From assembly GCA_965247095.1 (NCBI GenBank), contig OZ251997.1, forward strand, positions 1-64,000: a DNA stretch of 64,000 nt, written 5' to 3'. The notes below the pieces were generated by a model, which was not told where the DNA came from, searched no databases, and saw nothing but the letters and a program-made list of their open reading frames with translations. Shown here in pieces: positions 1 to 9,428 of the stretch (the first letter of the stretch is position 1; every line of letters begins with the position of its first letter). The position numbers were made by a program, and so were the translations under genes. This DNA comes from Candidatus Multivorans sp. (lineage in GTDB: Bacteria > Acidobacteriota > Thermoanaerobaculia > Multivoradales > Multivoraceae).

Positions 1-67
1 TGGCCGAAACAACGGTTGTGGCGACCACGGCGTAACGCCAAGAGCGAGCGCTGGTCAAGGACCTCAT
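1..67 (-). CDS. 5' end of a secreted protein running off the window edge (MRSLTSARSWRYAVVATTVVSA...)
   Basis: ATG at 67-65 preceded by an AGGAGA RBS; signal-peptide-like N-terminus; divergent from the gene at 225. Confidence 0.55.
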   Translation of the reverse strand, partial: MRSLTSARSWRYAVVATTVVSA

Positions 68-224
68 TGCTTCGTCTCCTCTCTCAAGGGCTTTGCTTAG
101 CTCAAGGTGACTACTCTACCAACGGCCCTGCGGCGGGGACCTTCGAGAGTGCGGTCTGTCTTGCCGCTGGGATACGATGCCGATGGCTCGGAAGCGTCCT
201 TTCTCGTCTGCGAGGAGAGTTCTC

Positions 225-782
225 ATGCGGATCGAACGAATCGCCTCCTTCCTGTCCATCGGCGCCGCCATCGCGGCCCTGGCCGTGGCGCCGGTCGTTG
301 CCGCCGGTGACGAGGACATTCCACGCACCGCCAGCGGTCGACCTGACCTGACGGGCCGCTACAACATCGCGAACCTGACCCCGTTCGAACGGGATCCGCG
401 CTTCGGTGACAAGTTGTTCATGACCGACGAGGAGGCGGACGCGGTCGGCTGGTGGGAGGGCGACACCCTGGTGGTCGAAACGACGAACTTCCTCTCGGTG
501 CCGAACGTGCCGCGCGAGGGCCTGAGGGTCGTCGAGCGCTTCAGCCGGCAGAGCGCGGACGAGATCATCTACGAGTTCACGGTTCACGATCCGGACTACA
601 CCGCGCCCTGAAGCGGAGAGTTCATCTGGCCGCAAACGGACGAGCAGAACTACGAGTACGCCTGCCACGAGGGCAACTACGCCATGGGCGGCATCCTGCG
701 CGGTGCGCAGCTGCTGGAGCGCGAGTATCGCGAGAAGAAAGCTCAGGGAGCCAGCACCGGTTCCGAATCGGGTCACGAATAG
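225..782 (+). pseudogene. Degraded secreted protein of the 'PDLxG...GDTLVVET...EYACHEGN' family (internal deletion plus nonsense codon)
   Basis: GAGGAG RBS, ATG 225, signal peptide, GRPDLTGRY. TDEEA is joined directly to DAVGWWEGDTLVV, whereas paralogs have about 140 aa between them. TGA at 609-611 falls at a Trp position (YTAP*SGE), and the frame continues through YEYACHEGNY to TAG 780-782. Confidence 0.8.
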
Positions 783-872
783 CCGCTCGCAGCGCTCTCG
801 CGGTTCTCTTGCTCGGGGAACGCCGGTGTCTGGCCCGCATCCGGTGCCGAGAGCACGGTTAGGATGACCGTG

Positions 873-2414
873 ATGGCGGCCTTCTCCTACAAAGCGTGGG
901 ATCGTCTGCTGTCCGTGGTCGTTGCCGCGGACGGCAAGGTCGACTACGAGCTGTTGGCGGCGCAGCGGGCGCTGCTCGATGAGTTCGTGGCCGAGTTGGG
1001 ACGGTCGTCGCCCGACAGTCGTCCCGACCTCTTTCCGAGCGAGGAGGACGGCCTCGCTTACTGGATCAACGCCTACAACGCCTTCACCCTGCATGCGATC
1101 GTGGACGAGTACCCGATCCGCTCCGTGTGGAAGACCCGCGACGGGCAGTTCTTTCAGCGGCGGCGTCACATTGCTGGCGGCGCCTCGCTCAGCCTGGACG
1201 ACATCGAGCACGAGATCCTGCGCTCGGACTTCGCGGAACCCCGGATTCACTTCGCGATCAACTGCGGCGCGAATGGCTGCCCGGCGGTGCGGCCATCGGC
1301 CTACCGCGCCGACGGGCTCCACGACACGCTGCGTCAAGCGACGAAGGCGTTCCTGGCCAACCGCTGGAACTGCCGGGTGGACCACGAAGCGCGCAAGATC
1401 TTCGTTTCCCGCATCTTCAGGATGTACGCCGAGGACTTCGCCGGCGACGCCGGCACGACGGAGGAGTACCGGCGCGGCGTGCTGGCTTTCGTCGCCGAGC
1501 ACGCGGGCCTCGATGCGGAGCGGATCGCCGACTACGAGATCGTCTACAACACGTACGACTGGGGACTGAACGACACGCACCGCGATCCGAACATCGGCCC
1601 GATCACCTTCCACGAGCCGGTGGAGCACTTCGCGGAGGCCGACGGCGAACTCCGCGAACTCCATCTCTACGAGGGCAACTTCTGCAACCGGGATTGCTCC
1701 TGGTGCACGATCCACGGCTCGCCCGACGGCTGGTACCAGGCCTACACGCCGGCGGTCCTCGAACAGGCCCTCGACACCCTCGCCATCGACGGCAACCTGA
1801 AGTTCTACGGCGGCGAGCCGACGTTGCACACGAAGGAGATCGTCGGCGCGATGCGCTATGTCCGCGAGCGCGGCTTCACCGGCCTGATCACCGTGTTCTC
1901 GAACGGCATCCAGGCGGAGAAGCTGATCTCGATCCTGGAGTCCGATCCGAAGAGCGAAGCGGTGCTCAACTACTCGATCTACCACGGCCGCGACGCGAAA
2001 CCGATGCCGCAATACGCCAGGGATTGCCTGGAGGGCTGGGCGCGCGAGAACCCGAACCGCATCTTCCAGGGTTACAAGGTGCTCTTCCATGCCGGAGGCG
2101 GCGCGGGGCAGGAGTTCGACCGGGACCGGGAGTCGGACTACCACGGCATGGGCAACCGCTGCGTACGCTGCTTCCCGGTGCTGACCACCAAGGGCAAGTT
2201 CCACGCGTGTCCCTTCGCTGCCGAGATCGACTCGCCCCACTTCGACCTCGGCGCCGTCGGTTCGTCTTCCGAGACCGTGTTCGAGAACTACCGTTCCTTC
2301 CTGCACTGGGTGGACGAGGAACTGGATCCGGCAGCGGCTGCGAAGGGCGTTTCGAGCTGCGAGATGTGCCACCGGCATCTCGCCGAACTGCCGGCGGCCG
2401 AGTTCGCGAGGTAG
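873..2414 (+). CDS. DUF547 domain fused to a radical SAM domain with a C-terminal Cys cluster
   Basis: DUF547 motifs LAYWINAYNA, SLDDIEH, PRIHFAINCGANGCP, SRIF, YDWGLN; then CNRDCSWC (CxxxCxxC), YGGEPTL, FSNG; C-terminal CVRC...CPF...CEMC. ATG 873 lies 7 nt after TAGGAT. Confidence 0.85.
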   Translation: MAAFSYKAWDRLLSVVVAADGKVDYELLAAQRALLDEFVAELGRSSPDSRPDLFPSEEDGLAYWINAYNAFTLHAIVDEYPIRSVWKTRDGQFFQRRRHIAGGASLSLDDIEHEILRSDFAEPRIHFAINCGANGCPAVRPSAYRADGLHDTLRQATKAFLANRWNCRVDHEARKIFVSRIFRMYAEDFAGDAGTTEEYRRGVLAFVAEHAGLDAERIADYEIVYNTYDWGLNDTHRDPNIGPITFHEPVEHFAEADGELRELHLYEGNFCNRDCSWCTIHGSPDGWYQAYTPAVLEQALDTLAIDGNLKFYGGEPTLHTKEIVGAMRYVRERGFTGLITVFSNGIQAEKLISILESDPKSEAVLNYSIYHGRDAKPMPQYARDCLEGWARENPNRIFQGYKVLFHAGGGAGQEFDRDRESDYHGMGNRCVRCFPVLTTKGKFHACPFAAEIDSPHFDLGAVGSSSETVFENYRSFLHWVDEELDPAAAAKGVSSCEMCHRHLAELPAAEFAR

Positions 2415-2423
2415 ACCGCGCGG

Positions 2424-4163
2424 GTGCGGACCCGATCGCGCGGCATCCTTCTCGGCCTGGCGCTAGCCGCCTACGCCGGGCTGTTTACGGCCAACTCCCT
2501 GGAGCGCGTCCGCTGGTTCTCCGCGGACTCGATGAACTACGTCGATGTTGCCCGGCGGGTCGCCGCCGGCGACGGTCTCGTGCAGTCGACGGGAGGCTTC
2601 AATCAACCTTTCTACTTCTCGACCGACCTCGACCTGCCGGCGCCGCTCACGGCGCAACCGCCCGCCTACCCGCTGGCGATCGCCTTGCTCTCGAGGCTCG
2701 GCGTCGAGGCCCCGGACGCGGCGCTGGTCGTCTCCGCCCTGTCGTACGCTGCGATCCTGCTGCTCGTCTATCTCCTCGGGCTGCGAATCGGCGGTGCGGA
2801 GGCCGGGGCTGTCGCGCTTGGCGCGACGCTCCTGTTCGTTCCGTTGACCCATCTCGGCCGCGCCGCCCTGAGCGAGTGCCTGGCCGTCGCCGTGGTGCTG
2901 CTGTTCTTCCTGCTGCTCGATCGGCACCTCGAACGACGGTCGGCCGTGGTGCCGGACGAACCGGACCGGCGGCACCGTCCGGCCTGGCGCGGCCTGCTGC
3001 CGCCCCTCGCGCTAGGCCTGCTCGCCGGCCAGGCGTTCGGCGTTCGCTACGCTCTTTGGCCGCTGCCGCTCATCGGCATCGCAGCACTGTGGCTCAGCGG
3101 CAAGGGCCATCCACGCGATGAAGCAGCATCCGAGGTGGCCGCTGCGGCCATGTCGAAAGTGGCCCCGTGGGTGCGCGGGCCTTCCGGCCCGTATCGAGGC
3201 CCAGGATGTGTAGCGGCGAGGCGATGGCGCTCTGCGGCGTTCGCCGTCGGCGCGCTGCTGCCGATGGCCTGGATCCTGGGCCGCAACTTCGCGGTCGAAG
3301 GCCGCCTCCTGCCGGCAGCGATGCCGGCGGTGACGACCCTCGGGGAGAGCCTCGGCCGTGCCACGACCGCACTGCTCGGCGGCTGGCGCTCGACAACGCT
3401 CGGCAACTGGCCGGACGCCGCGGCGCTCGTCGTGGTGATCGGGCTGCTCTGGGCGCTGGCGATTCGGTCAGCCACGGCGTCAGGCCGCCCCTTTGCCGGC
3501 GCTGCCTCACGCCTGCCCCCGCTCGCCGGCCTCTGGGCGGTCCTCTACCTCGCGGCGGTCGTTTGGCGCAGCACCCAGGCCAACTTCGATCCGATCGGCG
3601 CCAGGCTGGCGCTGCCGGCGACCGTTCCCCTCATCCCGCTGCTCGGCGGCCTACTGGCGGCGGCGTTGCCTGCAGCGCGGCGCCTCTCCTGGCTGCCGGT
3701 CGCGATCCTCGTTCTCTGCTTCGGCGCTGCGCTCGTTCGCGAGGCGACTCTCTGGTCGAGCGGCCGCGCCGCCCGGGCCGTGGAGTTCCGGAGCGAGCGC
3801 CAGCAATGGCTGCGCGACCACACCGCCCCCGGCGACCTCGTAGTCGGCGGCGGCACGATGGACGTGCCCTTCCTCTTCCCGGGCCATTATGCGATCTCCT
3901 ACGCCGGCTTGCCCTACACGGAAGTCCTGACCTACCCCGACCTCGAACGGATAGCCGACCGCCACTGCCCTGGCTTCGACCGCCTCCTCCTCGTCGTCCG
4001 TCCCACCGTCGTCCTCGGCGGTGGCCGCTCCGACGAAGACCCCAACGACTGGCTCGGCCCCTTCATCGCCGACGCCCGTGCCGGCCGCCACGAGCCCTAC
4101 CCGCTACTCGAACCCCTAGCCGCACTCAACGAAGCCAAGATCTACCGCGTCACCTGCCCCTGA
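2424..4163 (+). CDS. Polytopic membrane glycosyltransferase, GT-C fold (ArnT/PMT-like)
   Basis: First-loop motif SADSMNYVDVA, QPPAYPL, ALSECL, many transmembrane helices and a C-terminal soluble domain; starts 9 nt after the radical SAM gene. Confidence 0.7.
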   Translation: MRTRSRGILLGLALAAYAGLFTANSLERVRWFSADSMNYVDVARRVAAGDGLVQSTGGFNQPFYFSTDLDLPAPLTAQPPAYPLAIALLSRLGVEAPDAALVVSALSYAAILLLVYLLGLRIGGAEAGAVALGATLLFVPLTHLGRAALSECLAVAVVLLFFLLLDRHLERRSAVVPDEPDRRHRPAWRGLLPPLALGLLAGQAFGVRYALWPLPLIGIAALWLSGKGHPRDEAASEVAAAAMSKVAPWVRGPSGPYRGPGCVAARRWRSAAFAVGALLPMAWILGRNFAVEGRLLPAAMPAVTTLGESLGRATTALLGGWRSTTLGNWPDAAALVVVIGLLWALAIRSATASGRPFAGAASRLPPLAGLWAVLYLAAVVWRSTQANFDPIGARLALPATVPLIPLLGGLLAAALPAARRLSWLPVAILVLCFGAALVREATLWSSGRAARAVEFRSERQQWLRDHTAPGDLVVGGGTMDVPFLFPGHYAISYAGLPYTEVLTYPDLERIADRHCPGFDRLLLVVRPTVVLGGGRSDEDPNDWLGPFIADARAGRHEPYPLLEPLAALNEAKIYRVTCP

Positions 4164-4173
4164 CCCGCCAGCA

Positions 4174-4640
4174 ATGCCTTCCAGGCCCTCGAAGACCCCG
4201 GAGCAACGCCGGATCGCCTGGGCCTGGGCGAACCAGGACGAGGCTGCGGCCTTGCTCCGAGCCAACGGCCAAGCCCTAGCCGCGTACGCGGCACCGCAGG
4301 TCTACGGACCAGATGCACGATCCCCAGATCGTGCCCGTGGTCGCCAACCCCGATGCCTACCTGCTCTGGAGCAGCTTTCGTCTCAGCGACATCTCCTCCC
4401 TCGAACTGCTCCACGCCGCCGAGAAACTGGAGGTACTCGCTCACGCGGTCGAGCAGTACCTTCCGAACAACCGCAACAACCCCATCCTCCCGGCCGCAGG
4501 CGGACCTTGAACCACTGGCAACGAAGGTCGCCCTGGCCGAGCTTGAAACACGGATGACCCGGACTCTCTACGGCGTCGCCGCCGCTCTTCTGGCCGGGCA
4601 ACTGGCCGCCGTCCTGGCGCTGCTCCGGCTACTCGGTTAG
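4174..4640 (+). pseudogene. Gene fragments, including a DUF1640-like coiled-coil/TM tail (ADLEPLATKVALAELETRMTRTLYGVAAALLAGQLAAVLALLRLLG)
   Basis: Coding-like segments in different frames with no complete ORF; the terminal piece resembles ATKxDLxxLE plus C-terminal TM proteins. Confidence 0.4.
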
Positions 4641-4863
4641 CGGATCCGGAACCCACAGAGCGGCGACGCTAGCGCGCTGCGGAGATGTTGAGACCGAGGA
4701 TCAGACCTTAGAAGAGGATCGACCCCTAATCTGCCCGTTCCAGCCACAGGGTCATGGATAGGCTGAGCATGGCGCGCCAATCACTCACAGGTCCGACACT
4801 ACGTGGAATCAAAGGCGCCGGTCGAGCGTTTTACGTATAGCGCAGAGCGAAAGGAGTCCTTCG

Positions 4864-5892
4864 GTGATCTGGAAGTGGAAGGCCTTGCTACTCGTGGCCT
4901 CAGCGGCAATGCCGGCAGCGACCGCCCAAGAGGACGGCGGATCCAAGCCGCCCCCAGTGGATCGCTTCGAGGAAGAGATCCAGGTCATGGGAAAGCTCCC
5001 TTGGCCGCCCCTTTGGAAGGTCACCAAGGATGACCATGTCTTGTGGATCCTTGGTATTCCAAACCTGGTGCCGGACGATCTTCTCTGGCAATCGGACTCC
5101 GTCGAACACGCGCTGGCCCACTCCAGCGAGTACCTGACTCTCAAAGCCGTGGTCTGGCCGCGGAACCCGGTGAAAGGGATGCGGCTGCTTAAGAAGTTCA
5201 GGCGCACACGACGAATCCCGGACCGCGGAACCCTGGAGGACCTGCTGCCAGAGGACCTGTACCAGCTCTTCCTGGAAACCAGACTCAGATACGCGCCGAA
5301 GCGAGACGATCTCGAGAGATTACGGCCTAGCGTCGCGGCCAAGGAACTCCTCTATTCCGCGGCGCAATCCGCAGGCCTGAAGCCGGACCATACGATTCAC
5401 CGGGCAATCGAGAAGAGAGCCAGGAAGCATAGCGTCAAGGTGTCACCGCTACTCTCCGAGCGCTACAAGGATTCGACTGTCCTCGATGCGATGGATGAGA
5501 TGGAGGAAATGTCTGCGAGTGCGGAGCAGACCTGTCTGCAGGCACTTCTTCAAGGCGTCGATGCCCGGCTCGAGGCGCAGACGCGTCTTGCAGCTGCCTG
5601 GGCCGAAGGCGATTTGGCCTCGCTTAGAGCCCATCCAGGCGATTCGCCCACAGAGGCCTGCTCATCCTCGCGACTCGCCCCCCACCCAGAGGAGCTGAGC
5701 CAGCTGGAGTCGCGTTTCTGGGCGCTCTGGCTCGAGAACGTCGATCGCGCATTGAGCAACAACGACTCCACTTTCGCCATCCTGCCTCTCGAGGACTTGC
5801 TCCGGCCCGACGGATCCCTGTCGCGGTTCCGACAGAGAGGCTATGAAGTCCTGGAGCCAGACGAAACTCCTCCGGAGGGGCAGCAAGACTAA
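4864..5892 (+). CDS. TraB/GumN family secreted protein
   Basis: AAGGAG RBS, signal peptide, PPLWKV...LWILG, LRP, AWAEGD, TFAILP...L..RGYEV. Confidence 0.75.
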   Translation: MIWKWKALLLVASAAMPAATAQEDGGSKPPPVDRFEEEIQVMGKLPWPPLWKVTKDDHVLWILGIPNLVPDDLLWQSDSVEHALAHSSEYLTLKAVVWPRNPVKGMRLLKKFRRTRRIPDRGTLEDLLPEDLYQLFLETRLRYAPKRDDLERLRPSVAAKELLYSAAQSAGLKPDHTIHRAIEKRARKHSVKVSPLLSERYKDSTVLDAMDEMEEMSASAEQTCLQALLQGVDARLEAQTRLAAAWAEGDLASLRAHPGDSPTEACSSSRLAPHPEELSQLESRFWALWLENVDRALSNNDSTFAILPLEDLLRPDGSLSRFRQRGYEVLEPDETPPEGQQD

Positions 5893-5895
5893 GGG

Positions 5896-5927
5896 CTTCT
5901 GGGAAGGGACTGGTCCCTTCCCAGAAG
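5896..5927. terminator. Perfect inverted repeat between convergent genes (probable bidirectional terminator)
   Basis: CTTCTGGGAAGGGAC-TG-GTCCCTTCCCAGAAG, 15-bp arms, immediately after the stop at 5892. Confidence 0.65.
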
Positions 5928-5970
5928 GCCTCGCCGCTGTCCGCCGCCACGCCGCCGACGACCGCCGGCC

Positions 5971-7047
5971 CTACGCCGGCGCCTCGGCGACGCCGGACGC
6001 CCTGGCGCCGGCCCAGCGGTTGAAGCCGAGTTCGCCGCGAACGTCGGCGGTGCGTTCCAGGGTCATCGCGTCGCTGGGGATGCCTGTCGAGTCCGCGACC
6101 CGGACCAGGCCGTTGAAGATGCCGACGGTGGCCGCAGCCTCGACAAACTTCGCCGGTCCCAGGGCGTGGAGTGCCGCTGCTCGGGCCGCGTCCAGATCGT
6201 CCGTAGCCCGTACCACAGCCTCGGCGAAGGCGGTCAGCAGCGCGCCGTCCTCGACGCCGCCGTCGGCCGCGTCCTCTATCGCCGCGCTCAGGTCAACCTC
6301 CGCTCCGACTGCCTTGCTGCTCGCCCGGAGCAGCATGGTGTGCGCAGTCGTTCAGTAGAAGCACTCGTTGAGCGCGGAAACCCGAGCCGCGATCAACTCG
6401 ACCTGAGGGCGGGCGAGCGGCCGGTGATTCCAGACCATCTCGTTGAAGTCGGTTCCGGTTCCCGAGTACATGGCAACGACCATGCGGAAGAAGGTGCGCA
6501 CGCCTTCCGGCACCAGGCTCAGAGCGCGGGCCACGTTGGCGCGGTTCCAGTCGACCACCTGGACCGGGACCCAGGCGCCGATGTCGCCCATGCCGTCCGG
6601 CCGTTCTCGGGTCGGTTCGCCGCCCTCGGGTTCGGGCAGGGGCTCGTGCTCGATCCCCATCGCTTCGCAGAAGGCGTCGGCGGCCACCGTCGCTACGACG
6701 ACCGAGGCGAGTTCCACGTACGGCGCGTCGCCGAGCTCGGCGATGACGCCTTCCGCCCAATCGCGGTCGAGGTGGGTCGGATCGGCGCCGATCTTGCGCG
6801 CCGCCTCGACGGCCTTCTCGGGTAGGGGCGCCGGCTGCGGCTGCGAATGATCGCGGCGCCAGGGCGGTTCGGTGCGCTGGACGCGCTCGGCGCGTGCAAG
6901 CGCCGCGGTGGCGACGCGTTCAGGACCGGTCCACCAGGTGCCGGGGCGGCCGATGTCGGCCCACGACCTGCGCAGCGCGGTGGCCATGTCGTCGCGAACG
7001 GGTACGGGGAAGCGGCCAGCGTCAAAACTCATCGTGTCGAAACTCAT
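5971..7047 (-). CDS. AhpD/carboxymuconolactone-decarboxylase-like peroxidase, selenoprotein (UGA at 6354-6352 read as Sec), about 358 aa
   Basis: The two ORF-track pieces are in the same frame: ELIAARVSALNECFY-UGA-TTAHTMLLRAS matches the AhpD NxCxYCxxxH motif; SECIS-like hairpin follows; GAGGGA RBS 7 nt before ATG 7047. Confidence 0.88.
6307..6349 (-). promoter_or_regulatory. Bacterial SECIS-like hairpin
   Basis: After the UGA: GACUGC...UGCUGCUC-CGGGC-GAGCAGCA..GCAGUC, a 6-bp lower stem and 8-bp upper stem with a G-rich apical loop starting 24 nt after the UGA. Confidence 0.8.
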
Positions 7048-7157
7048 CGTGTGGTCCCTCGGCGCGGAGACGAGGCGCCGCCGCGTGCGTTTGTTTTCGC
7101 CGGTGGTGGGCGGTTGCTTCCGTTGCGGTTTGGCCGCGAGCGGCAGAACTCCCAGAG

Positions 7158-7271
7158 GCCGGCGCTTCGCGCCGGATGCGGGCAGGATGCCCGCGTGCCA
7201 TCCGTGCGCCCGATGACGGGCGCACGGACTGGTTCGCGTGTGGCGCGGGTCGCGCCACACGGGTTCCCAGG
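7158..7271 (-). repeat. Long composite copy of a REP-like palindromic element
   Basis: Close reverse-complement match over about 100 bp to 12494-12593; contains hairpins TCCGTGCGCCC-N6-GGGCGCACGGA and GCGGGC-N4-GCCCGC. Confidence 0.85.
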
Positions 7272-7296
7272 TCAGATCGTTCTACCGCGCAAGCTC

Positions 7297-8289
7297 CTAC
7301 GGACTGCTGTCCCCTCCAGTCTTCTCCAGGTGGCGAGCGCCGCTCAGCGTGTTGGTGACCGCCCAGTTCCCTTCGTGGCAGGCGTACTCGAACATTTCGT
7401 AGTTCGCGTCGAAGTAGAGCGGGATGTCCACGCTCCAGGTGTCGGTGTAGTTCTCCGGATCCTCGATCGTGACCGTCCAGTCGATCGTGTGTTCGTCGAG
7501 CCGGGTGAAGCGCTCGACCGTGACGAGATCGTTGCTCACGGGAATGCCCTTGATCCGGCCCTGGGAGCCGCTGGTGGCGATCCAGCCCTTGTCCGAGAAG
7601 TTCTTCGTCTCGACCACCAGGGTGTCGTCATCCCAGTGACCGCGGGAGTCGCCGTTCCAGAGGTGGATGTCCTCCGGGATGCGGTCCCGGCCGTCGACTG
7701 GGATGAAGCGGACATCGTTGATCATCTCGGAGTAGATGACCACGTACTCGGGCGTCTGGGCGATCCGGTAGCCGTTGTTGTAGCCGGCCGGGAACAGGTG
7801 CCCGGGGACGCCGCGGGTGATGCAGCGGTCCCAGACGCTCATGTACTCGTACGAGTCGAACATGAGTTCCAGGTTGTCGGCGCGCACCTTCTGCGCCTCC
7901 GGCCGCACCGGCACGCGGCCGGTCGGGGGATCGACGACCAGGGAGGTCCGCCGGCTGCCGACCACCTTGGTGCCGAGTTCCAGCCAGTGCAGGTTGTAGG
8001 CGCCGACGTTCTGGCCGGCCTCGGCCTTCTGCGCCGGCTGTTCGGCACGGTTCTCGATCATCGCCTGCCGGGCGGCTTCCTGCTCTGCGACCTCTTCTTC
8101 GGTCAGGAATGCCTTGTCGCCCAGCTCGACCGGTCGCTCGAAGGGCGTCAGGGTGGTGTTCGTCCACAGCCCCTGCAGGTCGGGGTGCCCCCAGGGGGTG
8201 CGCGGCGTTTTCCAGTCGTCGGCCGCCAGAGTCGGCGCCGCGAATAGTGCGGTCGCCACGGCAAGAGCGAGCGTGGTCCGTCCGATCAT
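7297..8289 (-). CDS. Secreted protein of the uncharacterised 'PDLxGxW...EYACHEGN' family
   Basis: GGAGG RBS, ATG 8289, signal peptide, PRTPWGHPDLQGLW, RTSLVVDPP, DRC, GDSRGHWDDDTLVVET, ERFT, FEYACHEGN. Confidence 0.85.
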   Translation of the reverse strand: MIGRTTLALAVATALFAAPTLAADDWKTPRTPWGHPDLQGLWTNTTLTPFERPVELGDKAFLTEEEVAEQEAARQAMIENRAEQPAQKAEAGQNVGAYNLHWLELGTKVVGSRRTSLVVDPPTGRVPVRPEAQKVRADNLELMFDSYEYMSVWDRCITRGVPGHLFPAGYNNGYRIAQTPEYVVIYSEMINDVRFIPVDGRDRIPEDIHLWNGDSRGHWDDDTLVVETKNFSDKGWIATSGSQGRIKGIPVSNDLVTVERFTRLDEHTIDWTVTIEDPENYTDTWSVDIPLYFDANYEMFEYACHEGNWAVTNTLSGARHLEKTGGDSSP

Positions 8290-8380
8290 CGGTGACTTCC
8301 TCCGTGTTGGCTTTGGTGAATCAGAGGATAGCCGATGCCCCGGCCCCGGGGCCGCGGCAGCCTGGTGGCATCCGCCCTGC

Positions 8381-8414
8381 GAACGCGGGCGTCTCGCCCG
8401 CATTCGGCGCCGGC
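8381..8414 (+). repeat. REP-like element (short copy)
   Basis: GAACGCGGGCGTCTCGCCCGCATTCGGCGC, matching the family core. Confidence 0.7.
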
Positions 8415-9428
8415 TCAGGAGTCCCCGTCGCTCATCAGTGCCTGCGCCCGTTGCCAGCGCTCGGCGATCCCGTCCTCGCGTTCGTAGTCGAAGCGGCCCG
8501 TGCCCGCGGCGTAGAGGTCCTTGTCGGCCGGCGGGTGGGCGGCGAGGTGGCGGGCCGTGGCGCGGGTCGCGGTCTCGGGGTCGACCACGTCCCGGTAGCC
8601 GAGCAGGGTTCTGGCCTTCGACATGTCCAGGATCTGGTTCGACTTCTCGGCGAGCGGAAACACGCCGCGGCAGAAGGGCGCGGGCACGCCGATCAGCTCC
8701 ATCTCGGCGTCGAGCTCGTCGATGATGACTTCCGCCACGGCGCGGCAACTGATCACCCGCTCGTCGCCGGCATTGAATGCCTGTCCCGGGGCTTCGGCTC
8801 TTGTCGCGGCCAGAAACACCAGCCGGGCCAGGTTCTCCGCGTAGCCGCGCTGGAAGTACGTCACCCCGTCGTGGGGGAGGATCATGAACGGGCGCCGGTC
8901 CAGGATCCGCTTGACCACCGCCCACTCGTGGTTCATCGGCGTGCGCGGGCCGTAGACCCCGGGATAGCGGAGAATGACGACCTCGAAGTCGCCGCGACCG
9001 TGCTGCTCGAAGAGCTGGTCTTCGCCCGCCGCGACCTTGCCGGTGTAGTTCGCCGCGTCGTACTGGCGCGGCGCGAACTCGGGCACCGGCAGCGGGATGC
9101 GACCCTCGGGCGTGGGGGGTTGCGAGCCCAGGTAGACGGGCTGGCCGGTGATGCCCACCAGCCGGGTCGTTCTGCCGGCGAGCTCCTCGGCCAGCGTCCG
9201 CAGCCGGCCGTACATGCACACCGCGATGTCCCACTTGCGCGATGCGATCTTGGCCCGGATGTCGTCCCGGTCACGGGCGTTGCCGAGGATGCGTTCCACT
9301 GGACCGTCGAACTCCACCGGATGGGCGCCGGAGTGGAAGATCGAGACCTCGAAACCGGCCCCGAGGAAGTGCCTGACGATCGGAGGGCCGGTCGGGCCGG
9401 TGCCGCCAACGACTAGGATGCACGCCAT
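8415..9428 (-). CDS. NAD-dependent epimerase/dehydratase (atypical SDR)
   Basis: [11 protein letters not shown] Rossmann motif, Yxx[15 protein letters not shown]; ATG at 9428. Confidence 0.85.
   Translation of the reverse strand: MACILVVGGTGPTGPPIVRHFLGAGFEVSIFHSGAHPVEFDGPVERILGNARDRDDIRAKIASRKWDIAVCMYGRLRTLAEELAGRTTRLVGITGQPVYLGSQPPTPEGRIPLPVPEFAPRQYDAANYTGKVAAGEDQLFEQHGRGDFEVVILRYPGVYGPRTPMNHEWAVVKRILDRRPFMILPHDGVTYFQRGYAENLARLVFLAATRAEAPGQAFNAGDERVISCRAVAEVIIDELDAEMELIGVPAPFCRGVFPLAEKSNQILDMSKARTLLGYRDVVDPETATRATARHLAAHPPADKDLYAAGTGRFDYEREDGIAERWQRAQALMSDGDS

Noticed and set aside
609-611. In-frame TGA as Sec or Trp recoding
   Set aside because: It falls at a Trp column with no obvious SECIS, the gene also has a large deletion, and many genes here use TGA as a normal stop
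111-2378. Long antisense ORFs (also 9271-11301, 14996-16597, 41678-42982 and others)
   Set aside because: Shadow ORFs produced by high-GC codon bias opposite well-supported genes; no recognisable motifs
873-2414. RiPP maturase with a nearby precursor peptide
   Set aside because: No convincing short precursor ORF, RRE domain or transporter adjacent
4690-4745. Possible IS terminal repeat (GGATCAGACCTTAG...)
   Set aside because: No partner inverted repeat, target duplication or transposase seen
7021-7052. 15-nt tandem duplication giving MSFDTMSFD
   Set aside because: Most likely neutral slippage at the start region; it only affects start-codon choice
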